Positions 15,491-24,732 of a stretch of 55,648 nt of DNA are shown here, piece by piece. The first letter of the stretch is position 1. Every line of letters starts with the position of its first letter. Under the pieces are notes generated by a model that was not told where the DNA came from, did not search any database, and saw only the letters and a list, made by a program, of their open reading frames with translations. The stretch comes from a virus. Lineage: Duplodnaviria > Caudoviricetes. The translations under genes and the position numbers were made by a program. Location of the stretch: positions 1 through 55,648 of the IMG/VR virus record IMGVR_UViG_3300017756_003602. One strand, written 5' to 3'.

Positions 15491-16242
15491 GCGTTAAATT
15501 AATGTGGTCTGCAATGACCGTAAAAGCTGGTAGCCCTACTGCTAAGCTAATCCTTCTAAAGTTGGCAGACAACGCGAACGACAAAGGCGAGTGCTGGCCT
15601 AGTTTAAAAAACATCGCTGAGCATTGTGAAGTATCACAGAAAACGGTTATCACCAATATCAAGAAGCTTGAAGATCTTGGGTATGTCAAAAAAATCAACC
15701 GATTTAATGACAAGGGTAAAACCTCAAATCTATATGTAATTACCATTACTGAAGGTGCACCAGTTGAGGGCAATTCTTCTTCAGAACCATGTGAAAAAAC
15801 TTCAACTACCCATGTGAAAAAACGTAAAGAACCTAGTGAAAAAACTTCAACTACCCCATGTGAAAAATCTTCAACTACCCCATGTGAAAAATCTTCACAT
15901 GAATCTGTCAGTATAGAACCTGTCATTACTGAATCTGTCATTGAAACTATAGAGCGCGAGAAGATGGTTTCTCTTGAAAGCCTGAATGCTTTCGTTAGCT
16001 ACAGAAAAAAAATCAAAAAGCCAATGACTACTCACGCAGTTGAGTTGCTAGTTGCAAAACTAAGCGGTCTTCGTGTTGACGGTCATTCTCCACAAGAGCT
16101 AATCAACGAAGCCATCATGAATGGCTGGCAATCGGTTCACCCTAAAAACAATGCGCAACCTAACCGCACCTTTCAAAGCCATCAAGAACGCATACGCGAA
16201 GAAAACATGCGCGTTATGTCTAACTGGGCAAACAAGGAGTAG
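15487..16242 (+). CDS. Replication initiator (O-like, HTH_36)
   Basis: KLILLKLADNANDKGECWPSLKNIAEHCEVS...LEDLGYV N-terminus; internal iterons; AIMNGWQSV C-terminus. Confidence 0.88.
   Translation: MSVKLMWSAMTVKAGSPTAKLILLKLADNANDKGECWPSLKNIAEHCEVSQKTVITNIKKLEDLGYVKKINRFNDKGKTSNLYVITITEGAPVEGNSSSEPCEKTSTTHVKKRKEPSEKTSTTPCEKSSTTPCEKSSHESVSIEPVITESVIETIEREKMVSLESLNAFVSYRKKIKKPMTTHAVELLVAKLSGLRVDGHSPQELINEAIMNGWQSVHPKNNAQPNRTFQSHQERIREENMRVMSNWANKE
15787..15941 (+). repeat. Replication origin iterons: five CC(A/T)(T/A)GTGAAAAA copies (15787, 15810, 15832, 15856, 15880) plus three GAA(T/C)CTGTCA copies at 15-bp period
   Basis: Repeats at 22-24 bp spacing inside the initiator gene, as for lambdoid ori. 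Confidence 0.85.
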
Positions 16243-16245
16243 CAC

Positions 16246-16830
16246 ATGCAGACTGAAGACCGTTCACGTTTCGCCAGTGCTATTCACGGCACCTTTGAAA
16301 TTTACAGCGTCAAGCAAGTATCTGAACAACTCATGGATATTTGGTGGGCAACGCTAAAACCTTATGACATTGCAGACGTATGCCGTGCGCTAACGAAGCA
16401 TATTTCTGACCCTGAACGCGGCCAGTACCAACCAAAGCCAGCTGATGTAATCAGGTTTCTTGCTTGTGGTGAAAAAGAGCAGCTCGAAAACCTTAAAACC
16501 AAAGCTGAAATGCAATGGCTGAACGTGACTAAAGCCATTACGAGTTGCGGCGCCTATCGCACGCCAACATTTAAAGACCCCCTCACCACGGCAACGATAA
16601 GCGCCCTGGGTGGATGGCCGTTTATCTGCGGGAAAACGACACAGCAACTTGATTTTCTACAAAAGCAGTTCGTTTCCACCTACGTAGATTTTGAAAAGTC
16701 ACCGCTTGAAGCATTGCCAAACCATATCGCCGGCATTGAAGACATTCAGCGCAGCAAGGCTGAGAAGGCATCAGCATTCGCAAACCTTGAAAAAGGGCTA
16801 GAATATTTTAGAGCGAGGAAGCAGGCATGA
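16246..16830 (+). CDS. Replication protein in P position (DUF6475-like, possible helicase loader/inhibitor)
   Basis: HISDPERGQYQPKPADVI; GAYRTPTFKDP...LGGW; follows the initiator. Confidence 0.65.
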   Translation: MQTEDRSRFASAIHGTFEIYSVKQVSEQLMDIWWATLKPYDIADVCRALTKHISDPERGQYQPKPADVIRFLACGEKEQLENLKTKAEMQWLNVTKAITSCGAYRTPTFKDPLTTATISALGGWPFICGKTTQQLDFLQKQFVSTYVDFEKSPLEALPNHIAGIEDIQRSKAEKASAFANLEKGLEYFRARKQA

Positions 16831-17078
16831 ACCCAGTTCTAACAGACAGACAAATCAGCTACATGGACTTCATTCAAAATTTCATCGAGCAAAATGACAA
16901 CTTTCCTACGTTTGAAGTTATTGCCGAACATTTTGGCGTAAATCCTAATAGCGTTTCAGGTCACTTACTAGCCCTACGCAAAAAAGGCTACCTCGATATG
17001 TGCCCGAACATGGCGAGCTATCGCCGCACCAACATTTTTAAAAGCTTCATGGCTATTCGCGAAAGGAATGCAGCATGA
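16827..17078 (+). CDS. Stand-alone LexA-type DNA-binding domain protein
   Basis: LTDRQ...FIQNFIEQNDNFPTFEVIAEHFGVNPNSVSGHLLALRKKGYL; no peptidase domain. Confidence 0.8.
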   Translation: MNPVLTDRQISYMDFIQNFIEQNDNFPTFEVIAEHFGVNPNSVSGHLLALRKKGYLDMCPNMASYRRTNIFKSFMAIRERNAA

Positions 17079-17659
17079 ACTACAAAGTTTTGTACGTTGA
17101 CCCGCCTTGGTCATTTAGCAACAAGAAAACAGGCGGCTCTATGAAATCGGGCGCAGCGCAAAAGTATGACGTAATGGACGTAGAAAGCATGAAGCAGTGG
17201 GATATTCCAGCAATATGCCAAGACGATTGCTTACTGGTCATGTGGTACGTGGGCGCCATGCCAAAAGAAGCCATTGAACTTACAGAAGCTTGGGGTTTCC
17301 GCGTTGTAAATATGAACGGCTTTGTTTGGGATAAAGAAACCAAGCATGGCAAAGACTTTTTTGGCATGGGTAGTATTACTCGCGCTTCAACTGAATCGGC
17401 ACTAGTCGCTGTACGCGGCAAAACTGGCAACATCATCAAAGACCGTTCAGTTCGTTCACGCATCCGCGCCAAAGTTGGTGAGCATTCAGAAAAGCCGCAG
17501 GCATTTAGAGAAGCCATTGAAAAGCTATGTGGTGACGTTCCTCGCCTAGAAATGTTTGCAAGAAAGCAAACGCTCGGCTGGGATGTGTTTGGCAACCAAG
17601 TTGAAAACTCTATCTCAATTCCATTTAAGCGCCAATTAGAGTTAGGAGTAGTGGCATGA
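17075..17659 (+). CDS. MT-A70 family adenine methyltransferase
   Basis: YVDPPW, EAWGF, FVWDK, HSEKP, LEMFAR, GWDVFGNQ motifs. Confidence 0.92.
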   Translation: MNYKVLYVDPPWSFSNKKTGGSMKSGAAQKYDVMDVESMKQWDIPAICQDDCLLVMWYVGAMPKEAIELTEAWGFRVVNMNGFVWDKETKHGKDFFGMGSITRASTESALVAVRGKTGNIIKDRSVRSRIRAKVGEHSEKPQAFREAIEKLCGDVPRLEMFARKQTLGWDVFGNQVENSISIPFKRQLELGVVA

Positions 17660-17832
17660 CCCCCATTCAAAAAGAACACCGTGAAAGCAAACTAGCCAGA
17701 GAAAGCGTTCACCCCAAAGTAAAGCGTAGAGGCGATACTCTTCGTGAAATTGAAAAGAAAAAGGAATTTAGCGATTTAGCATTGAATGACCAGGACCACT
17801 TTAACCAGATTTGGAAGGAGTTAGAGGCGTGA
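17656..17832 (+). CDS. 58-aa hypothetical protein MTPIQKEHRESKLARE...
   Basis: Hand-translated; AGGAG SD; ATGA and GTGA overlaps. Confidence 0.65.
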   Translation: MTPIQKEHRESKLARESVHPKVKRRGDTLREIEKKKEFSDLALNDQDHFNQIWKELEA

Positions 17833-18314
17833 AGCTCGCAAAGCAAACCTGTGTAGCGTCAAAGCCAAGTCAGTTCGCTTCATTCTACGAGGCCGCAAAA
17901 GATTGTTTCTCTAAAGGCATGACACTTCTACTTTCCATGCAATCAGTGGATGACGAGAGAAAAGCGGCGCAAAACGCGCTGCAATTCCACTGGTTTAGAG
18001 AAATGGAACAGCAAGGCGATTTATCGGCGCGAGAATATAGAGCTTACTGCAAGTTACATTTTGGCGTTCCCATTGCCCGGGAGGACGAAGGTTATCGAGC
18101 GCAATATGACGCAGTAATAAAACCGCTCCCGTACGTTCAGAAAATTCAAATGATGGACGAGCAAAGCAGGTTCTACATTCCAGTAACCAGCACATTCAAT
18201 ATGACTGAAATGACGCGCTATTTAAGAGAGGTGGAGCGATGGGGTTCAGGTCAAGGCTTTAACTTAACCAGCAACGAAACACTGTATCTGGCAGCTATGG
18301 GGATAAAGAAGTGA
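17829..18314 (+). CDS. NinB/Orf-like recombination protein (start revised to GTG at 17829)
   Basis: RKAAQNALQFHWFREM, CKLHFGVPI, PVTSTFNMTEMTRYL motifs; AAGGAG SD. Confidence 0.7.
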   Translation: MKLAKQTCVASKPSQFASFYEAAKDCFSKGMTLLLSMQSVDDERKAAQNALQFHWFREMEQQGDLSAREYRAYCKLHFGVPIAREDEGYRAQYDAVIKPLPYVQKIQMMDEQSRFYIPVTSTFNMTEMTRYLREVERWGSGQGFNLTSNETLYLAAMGIKK

Positions 18315-18532
18315 TAAAAAGAAAATACTTTTTTTCGGTAAAAGTGGCACATAACAACGATTCGGGGCAGTACTCATGGTGGCATAGCGTAGTGACTCAA
18401 AAGTCATTATTTGCGGATCCAGAGAATTTGATAAGAGAAATTCGTAGCAGTGCGGTAGCGATGTTACGTAATGAAGTTCCTAGGGATTTCAAACCTGATG
18501 ATGTTGAGATTATCGCATTTAACAGGGTGTAA
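18311..18532 (+). CDS. Hypothetical protein
   Basis: 73 aa coupled ORF. Confidence 0.6.
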   Translation: MIKRKYFFSVKVAHNNDSGQYSWWHSVVTQKSLFADPENLIREIRSSAVAMLRNEVPRDFKPDDVEIIAFNRV

Positions 18533-18537
18533 AGAAC

Positions 18538-18888
18538 ATGATTACACCAACAAGAACGGTTTGTTATGTACGCATGCTAGATGGGAGCTTGAAAGAGGTT
18601 TCAGAGGCAAGGTCGCTTGCGCATTTATGGGGGTGGGATTTCACTAACGTAAAACGTGTAGTGGTGAGAGAAGAGCCAGTGGAGCAGTATCACCCATGGG
18701 TGGTTAATGACGGCGATTTATCTGACTTGAAGATTGAGTCAGGTGAGATTAAGCGTTATCCATCAAAGTGCCTGTGCCAAAAAGATCGCATGTGCAATAC
18801 ATGCTTCCAAACATTTGTTGCTTATAACCAAGCTACAGCATGGTCTTTACCATCAGCTGAAATGTTTGGTCACCCAAAATGGCTGTAA
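18538..18888 (+). CDS. Hypothetical protein with Cys cluster
   Basis: CLC-x5-CNTC putative metal site. Confidence 0.6.
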   Translation: MITPTRTVCYVRMLDGSLKEVSEARSLAHLWGWDFTNVKRVVVREEPVEQYHPWVVNDGDLSDLKIESGEIKRYPSKCLCQKDRMCNTCFQTFVAYNQATAWSLPSAEMFGHPKWL

Positions 18889-19460
18889 TCGTGAAAAACC
18901 GCCGTTGCTCACACTGCAAAAAGAAAGGCCTACAAAGCGACATGCTATTACGACAGCTAAAGGCATTCTGTGACCAAAACTGTTTTGCAGAGTGGGCGGC
19001 AGCTAACGTTTCTAAACTGGCTAAAAAGGGTAAACAAATTGAATCGAAGCGACTCAAGGCAAAGAAAGAAAAACTCAAAACAAAAGGCGAACACCTACGC
19101 GAAGCACAAACGGCATTTAACAGTTTTATCCGCGAAAGGGATGCGCAAGAGCCGTGTATCAGTTGCGGTAGGTATCACACTGGCAAGTACGATGCAGGGC
19201 ACTACCGAAGTGTAGGAAGTGCACCCGAACTGAGATTTGATGAAGATAACTGCCACCGTCAGTGCGTTCCCTGCAATCAGCACCTTTCAGGAAACCTAAT
19301 TAGTTACCGAATAAACCTGGTCAAGAGAATAGGGCAGGAACGAGTAGATAAGCTAGAAGGTCCACACGAGCCTAAAAACTACACCATAGAACAAATACAA
19401 GACATTAAGGCGCATTATCGCAAGCGTGTACGCGAAATGCAGAAACAAAAAGCGGCATGA
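18879..19460 (+). CDS. ninG: NinG/Rap family endonuclease
   Basis: AQTAFNSFIRERD..PCISCG, DAGHYRSVG, LRFDEDNCHRQCVPCNQHLSGN. Confidence 0.93.
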   Translation: MAVIVKNRRCSHCKKKGLQSDMLLRQLKAFCDQNCFAEWAAANVSKLAKKGKQIESKRLKAKKEKLKTKGEHLREAQTAFNSFIRERDAQEPCISCGRYHTGKYDAGHYRSVGSAPELRFDEDNCHRQCVPCNQHLSGNLISYRINLVKRIGQERVDKLEGPHEPKNYTIEQIQDIKAHYRKRVREMQKQKAA

Positions 19461-20005
19461 GCCGTGCGCTAAAGGTAAATACAACAATGGCACACCCAAT
19501 CAGAGAATTAAGCAGAATGACTACTCGCTCAAAAAATCCCGATGGTATGACATTTGGTGGTGTTGCACCCGATGTAAATGAAGTAGCTGGCGCACTGGCA
19601 ATGCGACACCCTGAAACACAACTAAAGCTAGATACACATGCTTACTACTTGGCTAGATTGCTCTACGCCGATGACAGTAGCGCAAGAGTGCGCGTTAAAG
19701 CTGGCTTATTGAACGTTATGCTAAAAGCTGAGCTAGAGGTAAGTAACACTTGCTTGGTGCGCATGATTAACTGCGCCATCATCGAAATACAATCACCTAT
19801 CATGCGCTTAAACCGCAAGACCGGCGAACAAGAAATTAAGCCAACAAGCAAAGTTCAGCTTTGTAAGCGGTTAGGTATCAAGGGGAACAAGCTTCCCGTT
19901 AAAATATCTGAAGCTTACAGCCAAGTGCTAGAGCAGCTTTATCTATGGAATAGCGAGGCGATAGGCCACGTTAGAGCAACCATGAGAGAGGATGAAGCGG
20001 CATGA
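19457..20005 (+). CDS. Probable late antiterminator (Q position)
   Basis: Follows ninG, size and C-terminal HTH-like segment fit; a pR'-type module lies downstream; no strong motif match. Confidence 0.5.
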   Translation: MSRALKVNTTMAHPIRELSRMTTRSKNPDGMTFGGVAPDVNEVAGALAMRHPETQLKLDTHAYYLARLLYADDSSARVRVKAGLLNVMLKAELEVSNTCLVRMINCAIIEIQSPIMRLNRKTGEQEIKPTSKVQLCKRLGIKGNKLPVKISEAYSQVLEQLYLWNSEAIGHVRATMREDEAA

Positions 20006-20232
20006 ATAGCGAACTAGCAAGTAACGACATTCGCCAGGCTATTGATGAAGCAGTTAGGCGCTATTACGACAACAAACCACCAAAGGGGGCTACCCATAAA
20101 TTATGGACGGGCTGTTACTACAGGTGTTGCTATGGTTCATGGCAACTATGGTCACCATTCAGTAATCAGTGGGGCGCAATTGGTTTAAGTAGCGCGGTAA
20201 GCGCTGAAGAGATTGGGTTAGAAAAGCTATGA
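20002..20232 (+). CDS. Phage hypothetical protein
   Basis: PKGATH motif; ATGA overlaps. Confidence 0.65.
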   Translation: MNSELASNDIRQAIDEAVRRYYDNKPPKGATHKLWTGCYYRCCYGSWQLWSPFSNQWGAIGLSSAVSAEEIGLEKL

Positions 20233-20384
20233 AAAGAAACTACGACAAAGATTACATGCGAAGCACTAGCGAAGACTACCGAAATGGGTACAGGGATGGC
20301 ACGCAATCGGCGCTTAATATCGTTATGTGGGCTATGATAATTGCCGCAGTAGTTGGGTTTTTATTTGGAGGTGGTCATGGGTAA
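20229..20384 (+). CDS. 51-aa protein with C-terminal TM helix (MKRNYDKDYMRS...)
   Basis: Hand-translated; ATGA overlap. Confidence 0.55.
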   Translation: MKRNYDKDYMRSTSEDYRNGYRDGTQSALNIVMWAMIIAAVVGFLFGGGHG

Positions 20385-20637
20385 AGGTATACCAGCAAGA
20401 GAGCCAGATGCGCTGCGCGATTTAATATCTCAGATGCCGCAGCAACTTTTTGAAGCTTATCGTGATGACTATGAGTTTCACGAATTAGTTCGCCATTTGG
20501 CGGAAGATAAGTTGTCTTACGCCCAGGCACTAGAAGAAATGGTGAAGTATTATTTAGGTGTTCGTAAAATTGCAAGAGACAAGGCGATAGATAAGGCAAT
20601 GAAAGAGCCTGCGCCACCTTTGTATATTGGGAGTTGA
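20377..20637 (+). CDS. Hypothetical protein (start revised to ATG at 20377)
   Basis: GGAGGT SD. Confidence 0.65.
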   Translation: MGKGIPAREPDALRDLISQMPQQLFEAYRDDYEFHELVRHLAEDKLSYAQALEEMVKYYLGVRKIARDKAIDKAMKEPAPPLYIGS

Positions 20638-20655
20638 AAGCCTATAAAACAGTAG

Positions 20656-20743
20656 TTGACTCACTGACGAGCTTTGCTTAATATATCCCCATACTAGCAC
20701 TATTTCACTTGAAGCCCTGACCTAACCAGTCGGGGCTTTTTTT
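20656..20743 (+). promoter_or_regulatory. Late promoter pR'-like (TTGACT-17-TAATAT), -10-like pause element CATACT (20690-20695) and terminator (20712-20743)
   Basis: Hexamers and 10-bp hairpin with T-run read directly; lies immediately before the lysis genes. Confidence 0.8.
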
Positions 20744-20756
20744 ATGGCTGAAATTT

Positions 20757-21185
20757 ATGTTCCCCTACGGCAAAACTTCACAAGCGCGTCTTGATACGTG
20801 CCATGTTGATATTCAAACGATATTCGACGAGGTGAAGAAGTATATTAATGCGTCTATCTTTTGCGGCCACCGCGGTAAAGAAGAACAGAACAAAGCATTT
20901 GCCGATGGTCTCAGCCAATTAAAGTGGCCTCACTCCAAACACAACAAAACCCCTTCACTTGCCGTTGACGCTGGCCCTTACTTCGTAGAATTAAGTAACA
21001 CAGACTGGAAAGACGAACTCGCTTTTGCTGTATTCGCTGGTCATGTGATGTGTATTGCTCGCCAGTTATACAAAGAGGGAAAGATCACACACCTACTTCG
21101 ATGGGGTGGTGATTGGGATATGGACGGTAGAAGCCGTGACGAGCGTTTCCGCGACCTGCCACACTTTGAATTGTACAAGCCATAG
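20757..21185 (+). CDS. Endolysin, peptidase M15 family
   Basis: GHRGKEEQN, SKHN..PSLAVD, RWGGDW, DLPHFEL motifs. Confidence 0.92.
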   Translation: MFPYGKTSQARLDTCHVDIQTIFDEVKKYINASIFCGHRGKEEQNKAFADGLSQLKWPHSKHNKTPSLAVDAGPYFVELSNTDWKDELAFAVFAGHVMCIARQLYKEGKITHLLRWGGDWDMDGRSRDERFRDLPHFELYKP

Positions 21186-21193
21186 GTATCGAT

Positions 21194-21427
21194 ATGAAAC
21201 TAGATTTCAAGCCTATGGAAGAAACGCCAACGCTACAAAGCAATGAATTCCAGCCAGAGTGCTTATTATACAGTGCTTGTGATGGTTATCACTTGGTTCA
21301 TGCTTTCTTTTGCCCCGTGACTGGTGATTTCATGCATTTTGCTGATTTTACTGAGAGCAAAATTGAAGACGCAAAAAACTACAAGGCATGGGCATTGTTA
21401 ATCGGCGAACCAGAGGTGGCAAAGTGA
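21194..21427 (+). CDS. Hypothetical protein
   Basis: 77 aa within lysis cassette. Confidence 0.65.
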   Translation: MKLDFKPMEETPTLQSNEFQPECLLYSACDGYHLVHAFFCPVTGDFMHFADFTESKIEDAKNYKAWALLIGEPEVAK

Positions 21428-21939
21428 ATTGGTCAGATGTAGGAAGCTTTCTAAAGCAAAATCAAAAAGGCGTAGCCGGTTTAGTTGGTTCGCTATTAAC
21501 GGGCAATGTAGTGGGCGCGGTCAGTGCTGGGGCTTCGATGGTTGCTCAGGCAACGGGAACGACAGACCCCGACCAAGCGTTAGCGACACTGCAAAGCGAC
21601 CCTAATGCTTTGGTTAGACTTGAAGAAATCGCCGCAGCGCGTGAAGCTGAAGTAAACAGGCACCTTGAATCTGTAATGGCGCTAGAACTTCAAGATAAAC
21701 AGCGTAGCCATTCAGAGACACAGCAAACCATTCGCAATGGCGATAATGCAGAAGGTGGCGTTAAGTACGTAAGACCTTCACACGCTACACTTTCTTTATT
21801 TGCTGGTATCTATTACGGGTTGTTTACTGACTCACCCGACTTGCTGATACTAACCGCATTCCTTACTTTACCCTTTACTTACGCGGGTCTAAGGGAAATC
21901 GGAAAGCGCAACGTATTGGCGTTTCAGAGCAAAAAATAA
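21424..21939 (+). CDS. GTA-type 3TM holin-like protein (start revised to GTG at 21424)
   Basis: Gly-rich N-terminus, coiled segment, YVRP motif then two TM helices and basic tail. Confidence 0.6.
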   Translation: MNWSDVGSFLKQNQKGVAGLVGSLLTGNVVGAVSAGASMVAQATGTTDPDQALATLQSDPNALVRLEEIAAAREAEVNRHLESVMALELQDKQRSHSETQQTIRNGDNAEGGVKYVRPSHATLSLFAGIYYGLFTDSPDLLILTAFLTLPFTYAGLREIGKRNVLAFQSKK

Positions 21940-22010
21940 CCCTTTGTCTAATTCCCAATGGAACAAAATTTGAATAACCATGTTGTTGAAACCACGAAAA
22001 GGACAACAGC

Positions 22011-22283
22011 ATGAACACTCACTACCAACAAGAATACAATCAAGAAATGGCCGATAAATCATCAATAGCTACCTATATTGGAGGCGGTATCTCAGCGTTT
22101 TGGGGAATACTCACTTCACAAGAGTTCGGTATCTTAATCGGCATGTTGGTAGGTATAGCCGGTCTATGTCTGAACTACTACTTCAAGAAACGTGACGACA
22201 AATACAAACTGGCAGACGAGCGAAGAAAGCAAGAGCTTCACGAAATCACGCTTAAAACAATGGCGAACAACGCAGAGGACTAA
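22011..22283 (+). CDS. HP1-family holin
   Basis: DKSSIATYIGGG...FGILIGMLVGIAGLCLNYYFKKR pattern. Confidence 0.75.
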   Translation: MNTHYQQEYNQEMADKSSIATYIGGGISAFWGILTSQEFGILIGMLVGIAGLCLNYYFKKRDDKYKLADERRKQELHEITLKTMANNAED

Positions 22284-22285
22284 AC

Positions 22286-22582
22286 GTGGCATTCACCACC
22301 GTTACTTCAACGGATGGTTACGTAGTCGAATCCGAATTAACAGGCGCTACGCTCAGGGTATACAGCCCACAACGAGCAAAGCGCCTTTTTACTGTCAACG
22401 TTTCACATAACGGCCAAGGCAAAGCAAGACTCACCAACGCTTACGGTAACTACTCATTCAAAGTAAGAGTAGCTATCAAAGCCTGGCTAAAACTCAACAA
22501 CTTCACTTCCTACACCTTTGAGCGCGGAGCGCCCCACGATGGGCAGCGCTCACTAAGTGGGGTAGTTCCTTTAACTGCATAG
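22286..22582 (+). CDS. Hypothetical protein
   Basis: GAGGA SD, 98 aa between holin and terS. Confidence 0.6.
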   Translation: MAFTTVTSTDGYVVESELTGATLRVYSPQRAKRLFTVNVSHNGQGKARLTNAYGNYSFKVRVAIKAWLKLNNFTSYTFERGAPHDGQRSLSGVVPLTA

Positions 22583-22593
22583 AGAAACAAACA

Positions 22594-23148
22594 ATGTCCA
22601 CTAAGAAGCTGACAAAAAAACAAGAGTTGTTTGTCAGTGAATACCTTATTGACTTAAACGCAACTCAGGCAGCTATACGGGCTGGCTACAGTAAAAAAAC
22701 TGCTTGCGAGACAGGTAACGAGAACCTCAGAAAACCTATTATTCAAGATGCCATATCAAAAGCGCAAAACAAACGGCTCGAAAAGAACGAAGTCAATGCT
22801 GATTATGTGCTTAAGCGTCTTATTGAAATTGATGAAATGGACGTTGTTGATATTTTGGATGATGGCGGTCATATCAAGCCCATTACGCAGTGGCCTAAGT
22901 CGTGGCGTAGAACAATTTCGGGCTTGGATATTCAAGAGTTAATGATGGGCGAAGTAGAAACCGTCCTACGTAAAATCAAATGGCCTGACAAAGTGAAGAA
23001 CCTAGAGTTGCTAGGTAAGCATATTGACGTACAGGCGTTCAAAGAGAAGCGCGAAGTAGAAGGCGAGTTAACCGTTAACAACCTTATTGCTGAAATCTCT
23101 GAAAGCAACGGTGAAACACGCGCTGTTTTGCCTAAACATGCAAAGTAA
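22594..23148 (+). CDS. terS: Terminase small subunit
   Basis: LTKKQELFVSEYLIDLNATQAAIRAGYS; KIKWPDKVKNLELLGKH. Confidence 0.95.
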   Translation: MSTKKLTKKQELFVSEYLIDLNATQAAIRAGYSKKTACETGNENLRKPIIQDAISKAQNKRLEKNEVNADYVLKRLIEIDEMDVVDILDDGGHIKPITQWPKSWRRTISGLDIQELMMGEVETVLRKIKWPDKVKNLELLGKHIDVQAFKEKREVEGELTVNNLIAEISESNGETRAVLPKHAK

Positions 23149-23217
23149 TTAAATAAGTATTCCGTTTTATTAAAAATATACGGGGTATATATCTTGAATT
23201 GTGGATATTGATGCAAA

Positions 23218-24732
23218 ATGACTGAGGAAGAATTAAAAGCCAACCTCAGTGATTGGCGTTGGCGCATCAATAACCTGTACTTCATTACCGACAAAAACGG
23301 TAAGAAAATTAAGTTCAAGCTCAACGAAGCGCAAATGACGTTCTTCGAGGGCATGCACTATCGAAATATCATTCTGAAAGCGAGGCAGTTAGGCTTCACT
23401 ACTTTCACAATGATATTTATGTTGGACGCGTGTTTGTTCAACAACAACACAAAGTGCGCCGTGATCACGCATAGTCGCGATGACTCAATTAGGCTCTTCC
23501 GTGAAAAGATAGAGTTTGCGTACAACGCATTGCCGCCAACGCTGCAAAGGATGATGCCAGCGACCATCGCAAGAGCGGGTGAGCTGGTATTTAAAAACGG
23601 TTCATCTATCGCGGTAGGTACTTCATTCCGTGGTGGTACGCTCACTTACTTGCACATCAGTGAGTTCGGAAAGATTTGCGCCAAGTACCCGCACAAAGCA
23701 AAAGAGATTGTGACCGGTGCTTTTGAAGCGGTAGCGAAAGATTGTGTTATTACCATCGAGTCAACCGCCGAAGGTAAACAGGGTTATTTCTACGACTACT
23801 GCCAAGAAGCATTAAACCGGCAGCGTAAAGGCATGAAGCCTGGTCAAATGGATTGGGAGTTATTCTTCTTCCCTTGGCATGAAAACCCTGATTACACACT
23901 GGACGATGATAACGTTGTCGTTCCTGATAGATTGCTTGAATACAGCTACAAGTTAGAGCAAAAGTACGCAATACGCCTAACCAATGGGCAATTGGCGTGG
24001 TACACCTCAAAAGAAAAGTCACTGGGCTCAGATATTCGCCGTGAATATCCTGCAACACCTGAAGAGGCGTTTGAGCAGTCCATTGAAGGTGCCTACTACC
24101 ATCGCCAGATAAACGAAATTTACGCAACAGGCCGATTAACCAGCGTGCCGTTTGAGCCAAGTGCTTTGGTTCACACGTTTTGGGATTTGGGCATGTCCGA
24201 CACAATGAGTATTTGGTTTATCCAACAGGTCGGGCGTGAGTATCGCATCATCAATTACTATCAAAACTCAGGTGAAGGACTCGCGTTTTACAAGCGTGTG
24301 CTGGATGAACTGAGGGAGAAGCACCATTACAGCTACGGATTTCACGTAGCGCCGCATGATATTGCGGTTAGAGAGCTTGGCACCGGTAAATCTCGACTTG
24401 AAACCGCACAATCGCTCGGTATTGATTTTATTACGGCGCCTAAATTATCCATTGCTGATGGTATTGAAGCGGTTCGCGGCGTCTTACCACTTTGCTGGTT
24501 TGATGAAGCGAAGACAGAAAAAGGCTTCTCTGGCTTGTCAGCTTATCGAAAAGACTGGGATGACAAGCACGGCGTGTGGAAGTCACAACCGGTACACGAT
24601 GAAGCCAGTCACCCTTCAGACGCATTTAGAACATTTGCCGTTGCGCTAAACGAGATTAGAGATCGCATGAACGAATCATTTCACACAGGCTTTGCAGAAG
24701 TACAAGTTCAAAGCTCAGGAGGTTGGGCATAA
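23218..24732 (+). CDS. terL: Terminase large subunit
   Basis: ILKARQLGFTT Walker A, LHISE Walker B, ESTAEG, WDLG nuclease, SHPSDAFR. Confidence 0.95.
   Translation: MTEEELKANLSDWRWRINNLYFITDKNGKKIKFKLNEAQMTFFEGMHYRNIILKARQLGFTTFTMIFMLDACLFNNNTKCAVITHSRDDSIRLFREKIEFAYNALPPTLQRMMPATIARAGELVFKNGSSIAVGTSFRGGTLTYLHISEFGKICAKYPHKAKEIVTGAFEAVAKDCVITIESTAEGKQGYFYDYCQEALNRQRKGMKPGQMDWELFFFPWHENPDYTLDDDNVVVPDRLLEYSYKLEQKYAIRLTNGQLAWYTSKEKSLGSDIRREYPATPEEAFEQSIEGAYYHRQINEIYATGRLTSVPFEPSALVHTFWDLGMSDTMSIWFIQQVGREYRIINYYQNSGEGLAFYKRVLDELREKHHYSYGFHVAPHDIAVRELGTGKSRLETAQSLGIDFITAPKLSIADGIEAVRGVLPLCWFDEAKTEKGFSGLSAYRKDWDDKHGVWKSQPVHDEASHPSDAFRTFAVALNEIRDRMNESFHTGFAEVQVQSSGGWA

Noticed and set aside
15465-15941. 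158-aa antisense ORF with repeats
   Set aside because: Its periodicity is the reverse reading of the origin iterons inside the initiator gene
17080-17679. 199-aa antisense ORF over the methyltransferase
   Set aside because: Almost exactly mirrors a well-supported gene, has no recognisable motifs; treated as a shadow ORF, as are the other short overlapping ORFs in the track
23149-23217. Packaging (pac/cos) site in the AT-rich terS-terL gap
   Set aside because: Only a weak hairpin and AT richness; needs read-end analysis of virion DNA
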